From NCBI GenBank assembly GCA_964016885.1, contig OZ024742.1, forward strand, positions 259,718,001 through 259,782,000: DNA of 64,000 nt. The letters are read 5' to 3'. A program made the translations under genes and the position numbers. Position 1 is the first letter of the stretch; every line of letters begins with the position of its first letter. Under the pieces are notes generated by a model, which saw only the letters and a list, made by a program, of their open reading frames with translations, was not told where the DNA came from and did not search any database. Shown here piece after piece: positions 57,500-64,000 of this stretch. The DNA comes from Eledone cirrhosa (lineage: Eukaryota).

Positions 57500-57987
57500 G
57501 GAATAGAATGAAACGAAATTTCATTTCTCACTCTTAGTACGGCACTTACTTAAATGTAAGTATGTATGTATGTATACGTACATACATAAATGTATACAGA
57601 CGTACAGTAGTATGTATATATATACATACATGCACACATATATATATATGCACGTATCGGTTTACCGAACATTTATTATAATGCTCGGTTTGTTTGTTTG
57701 TAGACAAACAAACAGCCCGAATTACGCCGTACAGTGTTTAGGCAACCACGTCACCTTTTTGTTCAACACTGACACAGGAACGATGTACTAGTTTCAAGCT
57801 TATTAGCTATCGTCAGCATCGTATACCTTCCTGCCAGATGGTTGAACGTCTGAAAGTATATACTCTCCTTATGCATATTAACGGGTGAGCAGCCTAATTT
57901 GCATATCGAGTGAGTTCAGTCGGCCGGGCACACCGAAAACGATAAATGGAATAGAATGAAACGAAATTTCATTTCTCACTCTTAGTA
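57496..57987 (-). mobile_element. Non-coding hammerhead-containing retroelement (retrozyme or non-autonomous Penelope-like), 448-nt monomer plus 44-nt repeat
   Basis: Identical 44-mer at 57496-57539 and 57944-57987; (TA)n flanks; hammerhead inside; no credible ORF. Confidence 0.75.
57781..57821 (-). ncRNA. Minimal type I hammerhead ribozyme
   Basis: Minus strand: CGATG-CTGACGA-T-AGCT-AATA-AGCT-T-GAAA-CTAG-TA-CATCG. 5-bp stem I, intact CUGANGA and GAAA cores, palindromic stem III, GUA cleavage triplet (cut between 57786 and 57785). Confidence 0.85.
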
Positions 57988-58135
57988 TATATATATATAA
58001 AATCACATCCAACCGTCCTATGGAAAAAAAGGAGTAGAGTGATGGAATTATTGGATAATATACTTCTTCACACACTCATGTATTTAGATAGATAGACATA
58101 TTGATCTATTGATATATATATAAATATATAGCGAT

Positions 58136-61426
<3,291 letters not shown>

Positions 61427-61428
61427 TG

Positions 61429-61478
<50 letters not shown>

Positions 61479-61479
<1 letters not shown>

Positions 61480-61794
61480 TTCTTTATTTGCCACAAGGGC
61501 GCACAAGAAAAGGGGGCAATACAAGGACATATGTCGGGGATTTTAGATACAATCGTGTAAATATATAAAACAAACAATTATAACAATCGAAATCCCCAAT
61601 AGGGGGGAGGCGCCACAAATGGATTGTTTAATACCCCGTCGTATTGTTTAATACCCCGTCGATAGAACAATCCTCAACTTCAGGAGCGTGTTGTGCAAGT
61701 GCTCCTTTCTTCCTTTTGCTCTCTTCTTCAACCTACAGGTTTATATACTGAGAAGGCCTAATCACTCGGGCCATTTTTGCCACATTCACCCACC
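61479..61794 (-). mobile_element. Tx1-clade LINE 3' fragment
   Basis: Same 3' UTR as 58245; its GATA tail (61428-61478) abuts the 5' end of the long copy. Confidence 0.88.
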
Positions 61795-62226
61795 AGACAC
61801 AGACACCATTGAGACAAAACTCAATTTAGAATTTTCCTCTCTCCATTTTGTCTTACATTCAAGTTCCGTCAATTCTAAATAATAAAAAGTTAGAACGTTT
61901 TTGACAGAACGTAGCGTTCGTGTGTTACAGACTGACAAAAATGTAATATACTAGCTGATCGTGTGAAATTTCTATAGTTTAATTACAAATAACAACCATG
62001 TATTAAAGGTCACCATTTTAAATGTTTTATTTAGAAGTTATAGATAAAGACAAATAATATATACAGCTCTTAATTAGACGAATACCACAGAATAAATCGA
62101 ATAAATTTAACAAATGACTGAAACTACTAAAATGGACGGTTTTTATTATAATTTGAGTAGAAATGATATTTTTCGTAAATGTAATTTCTTTCTCTCCTTC
62201 TCCCTCCCTCTCTCGTTCTCTCGGCC

Positions 62227-62262
<36 letters not shown>

Positions 62263-62268
62263 ACATCA

Positions 62269-62305
<37 letters not shown>

Positions 62306-62717
62306 CATTACCACTCTATCTCTCCCTTTCTCTCCCCCTCTCTCTCTCTCTACCATTACCACTCTATCTCTCCATTTCTCCCCCTCTATTCTCCTCTTTC
62401 TCTCTCTCTCTCTCTCTCTCTTGGTTATCACCACTCTCTCACTGCGTCCTATCACTGCTATATTTCTCTCTCTATAACACTCACTCTTGCCAGCCCTCAT
62501 CTGTGTGACCAATATTTTAGAGGAAATATACACCAGATTTAACATAATAAAATGATCATCACTAAATGTATTTCTAATGGTAATCATCTTAAGGTAAGTC
62601 TTTTCTCTAGTAGAGATAATTTTATCCATTGCAAATGACTTTCTGAGTAACTGTTCTTCTACTCCTTACTCTAACATAACTGTACTCCAGCAAAGCTGAC
62701 ACTTTATACGCAATAAT

Positions 62718-62903
62718 TGTTTCTACTTCTGGCACAAGGCCAGCAAATACTCAGTACATTACTGGTACTTTATTTTATCAACCCCGTAAGGATTAAAGGC
62801 AAAGTTAACCTCGGCGGGATTTGAACTCAGAATGGCAAGGGCCGTAACTCTATGCGTCAAAGCAAGGCGTCCGACCCTCTACTGATACTGCCAATTCACC
62901 GCC
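62718..62903 (-). mobile_element. SINE family A, full length, 15-bp TSD
   Basis: TSD tttatacgcaataat at 62703-62717 and 62909-62923. Confidence 0.93.
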
Positions 62904-62949
62904 CTAAGTTTATACGCAATAATAACCATGCTCTCATTAAACATACATG

Positions 62950-63218
62950 TGGTGATGATGATGTTGATGACGATGATGATGTTGATGACGATGACGACGA
63001 TGATGATGATGACGACGACGATGACGATGACGAAGGCGACGACGATGATGAGGATGATGATCATGATTACGACGATGACGACGACGACGACGATGTTGAT
63101 GATGATGTCGACGACGACGACAACAACACAACAACAACGACGACGGCGACGACGACTACGACGACAATGATGATCATGATCATGATGATGGTGGTGGTGG
63201 TGGTGATAATGATGATGG
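62950..63218. repeat. (GAT/GAC/AAC/GGT)n trinucleotide mosaic
   Basis: Direct reading; gives the poly-Asp ORF. Confidence 0.9.
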
Positions 63219-63390
63219 ATCCTCTGTTCATTTCTACAATGAGCATTCAGTTGTTCTATTAACTCTACGCCCAACTCGTAAACCAGCGTGTAAGTGGTTC
63301 AGTATTATATAGACACGTGTATCCTTAAAGAAATTTTCGAATAGAATCAGTAGGACATTACAAGCACAATCTGTACAGCCGGCTTCTAAT

Positions 63391-64000
63391 TTCGTTCACA
63401 CGGCTCAGATCAAACCGAGATCATTGTTCGTTCACACGGCTCAGATCAAACTGAGATCATTGTTCGTTCACACAGCTCAGATCAAACTGAGATCATTGTT
63501 CGTTCACACGGCTCAGATCAAACCGAGACCATTGCTCGTTCACACAGCTCAGATCAAACTGAGATCATTGTTCGTTCACACAGCTCAGATCAAACTGAGA
63601 CCATTGTTCGTTCACACGGCTCAGATCAAACCGAGACCATTGTTTGTTCACACGGCTGGGATCAAACTAAAACCATTGTTCGTTCACACGGCTCAGATCA
63701 AACCGAGACCATTCCTCGTTCACACGGCTCGGATCAAACTGAGACCATTGTTCGTTCACACCGCTCAGATCAAACCGAGACCATTGCTCGTTCACACGGC
63801 TCGGATCAAACTGAAACCATTGTTCGTTCACACGGCTCATCAAACTGAAACCATTATACGTTCACACGGCTCAGATCAAACCGAGACCATTGCTCGTTCA
63901 CACGGCTCAGATCAAACTGAAACCATTGTTCGTTCACACGACTCAGATCAAACTGAGACCATTGCTTGTTCACACGGCTCAGATCAAACTGAGACCACTG
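63391..64000. repeat. 36-bp minisatellite running off the window
   Basis: Unit ttcgttcacacggctcagatcaaaccgagatcattg (ttcg at 63391 and 63427); about 17 units visible. Confidence 0.95.

Noticed and set aside
63391-64000. 36-bp repeat as a coding tandem peptide (FVHTAQIKPRSL)n
   Set aside because: A 2-bp deletion near 63839 breaks the frame; no start or splice evidence.

Overview
AT-rich, repeat-saturated eukaryotic DNA with no intact protein-coding gene that I can support. The tRNA-derived SINE families and the microsatellite load look like an Octopus/cephalopod genome (recognition, not verified). Nearly all long ORFs in the track are microsatellite artefacts. Real coding remnants are decayed non-LTR retrotransposons: Tx1/L1-clade (one 3.2 kb APE-RT-CCHC copy plus fragments), R4/Dong-like restriction-endonuclease 3' ends, RTE, CR1-group and CRE-like. 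There are also about 35 SINE copies, TA-targeted MITEs and three minisatellites (29, 46 and 36 bp). Highlights: (1) a non-coding 448-nt element in (TA)n with an intact minimal type I hammerhead ribozyme (57781-57821, minus) and 44-nt terminal redundancy, resembling a retrozyme or non-autonomous Penelope-like element; a second copy starts 11 nt downstream of the predicted cleavage site and folds back; (2) a Tx1 family apparently targeting (GATA)n; (3) an RLE LINE in (TAA)n tracts and SINE tails; (4) a 3.9 kb satellite amplified from inside a SINE-like element, with a 29-unit higher-order duplication; (5) repeated fold-back inversions centred on (TA)n.
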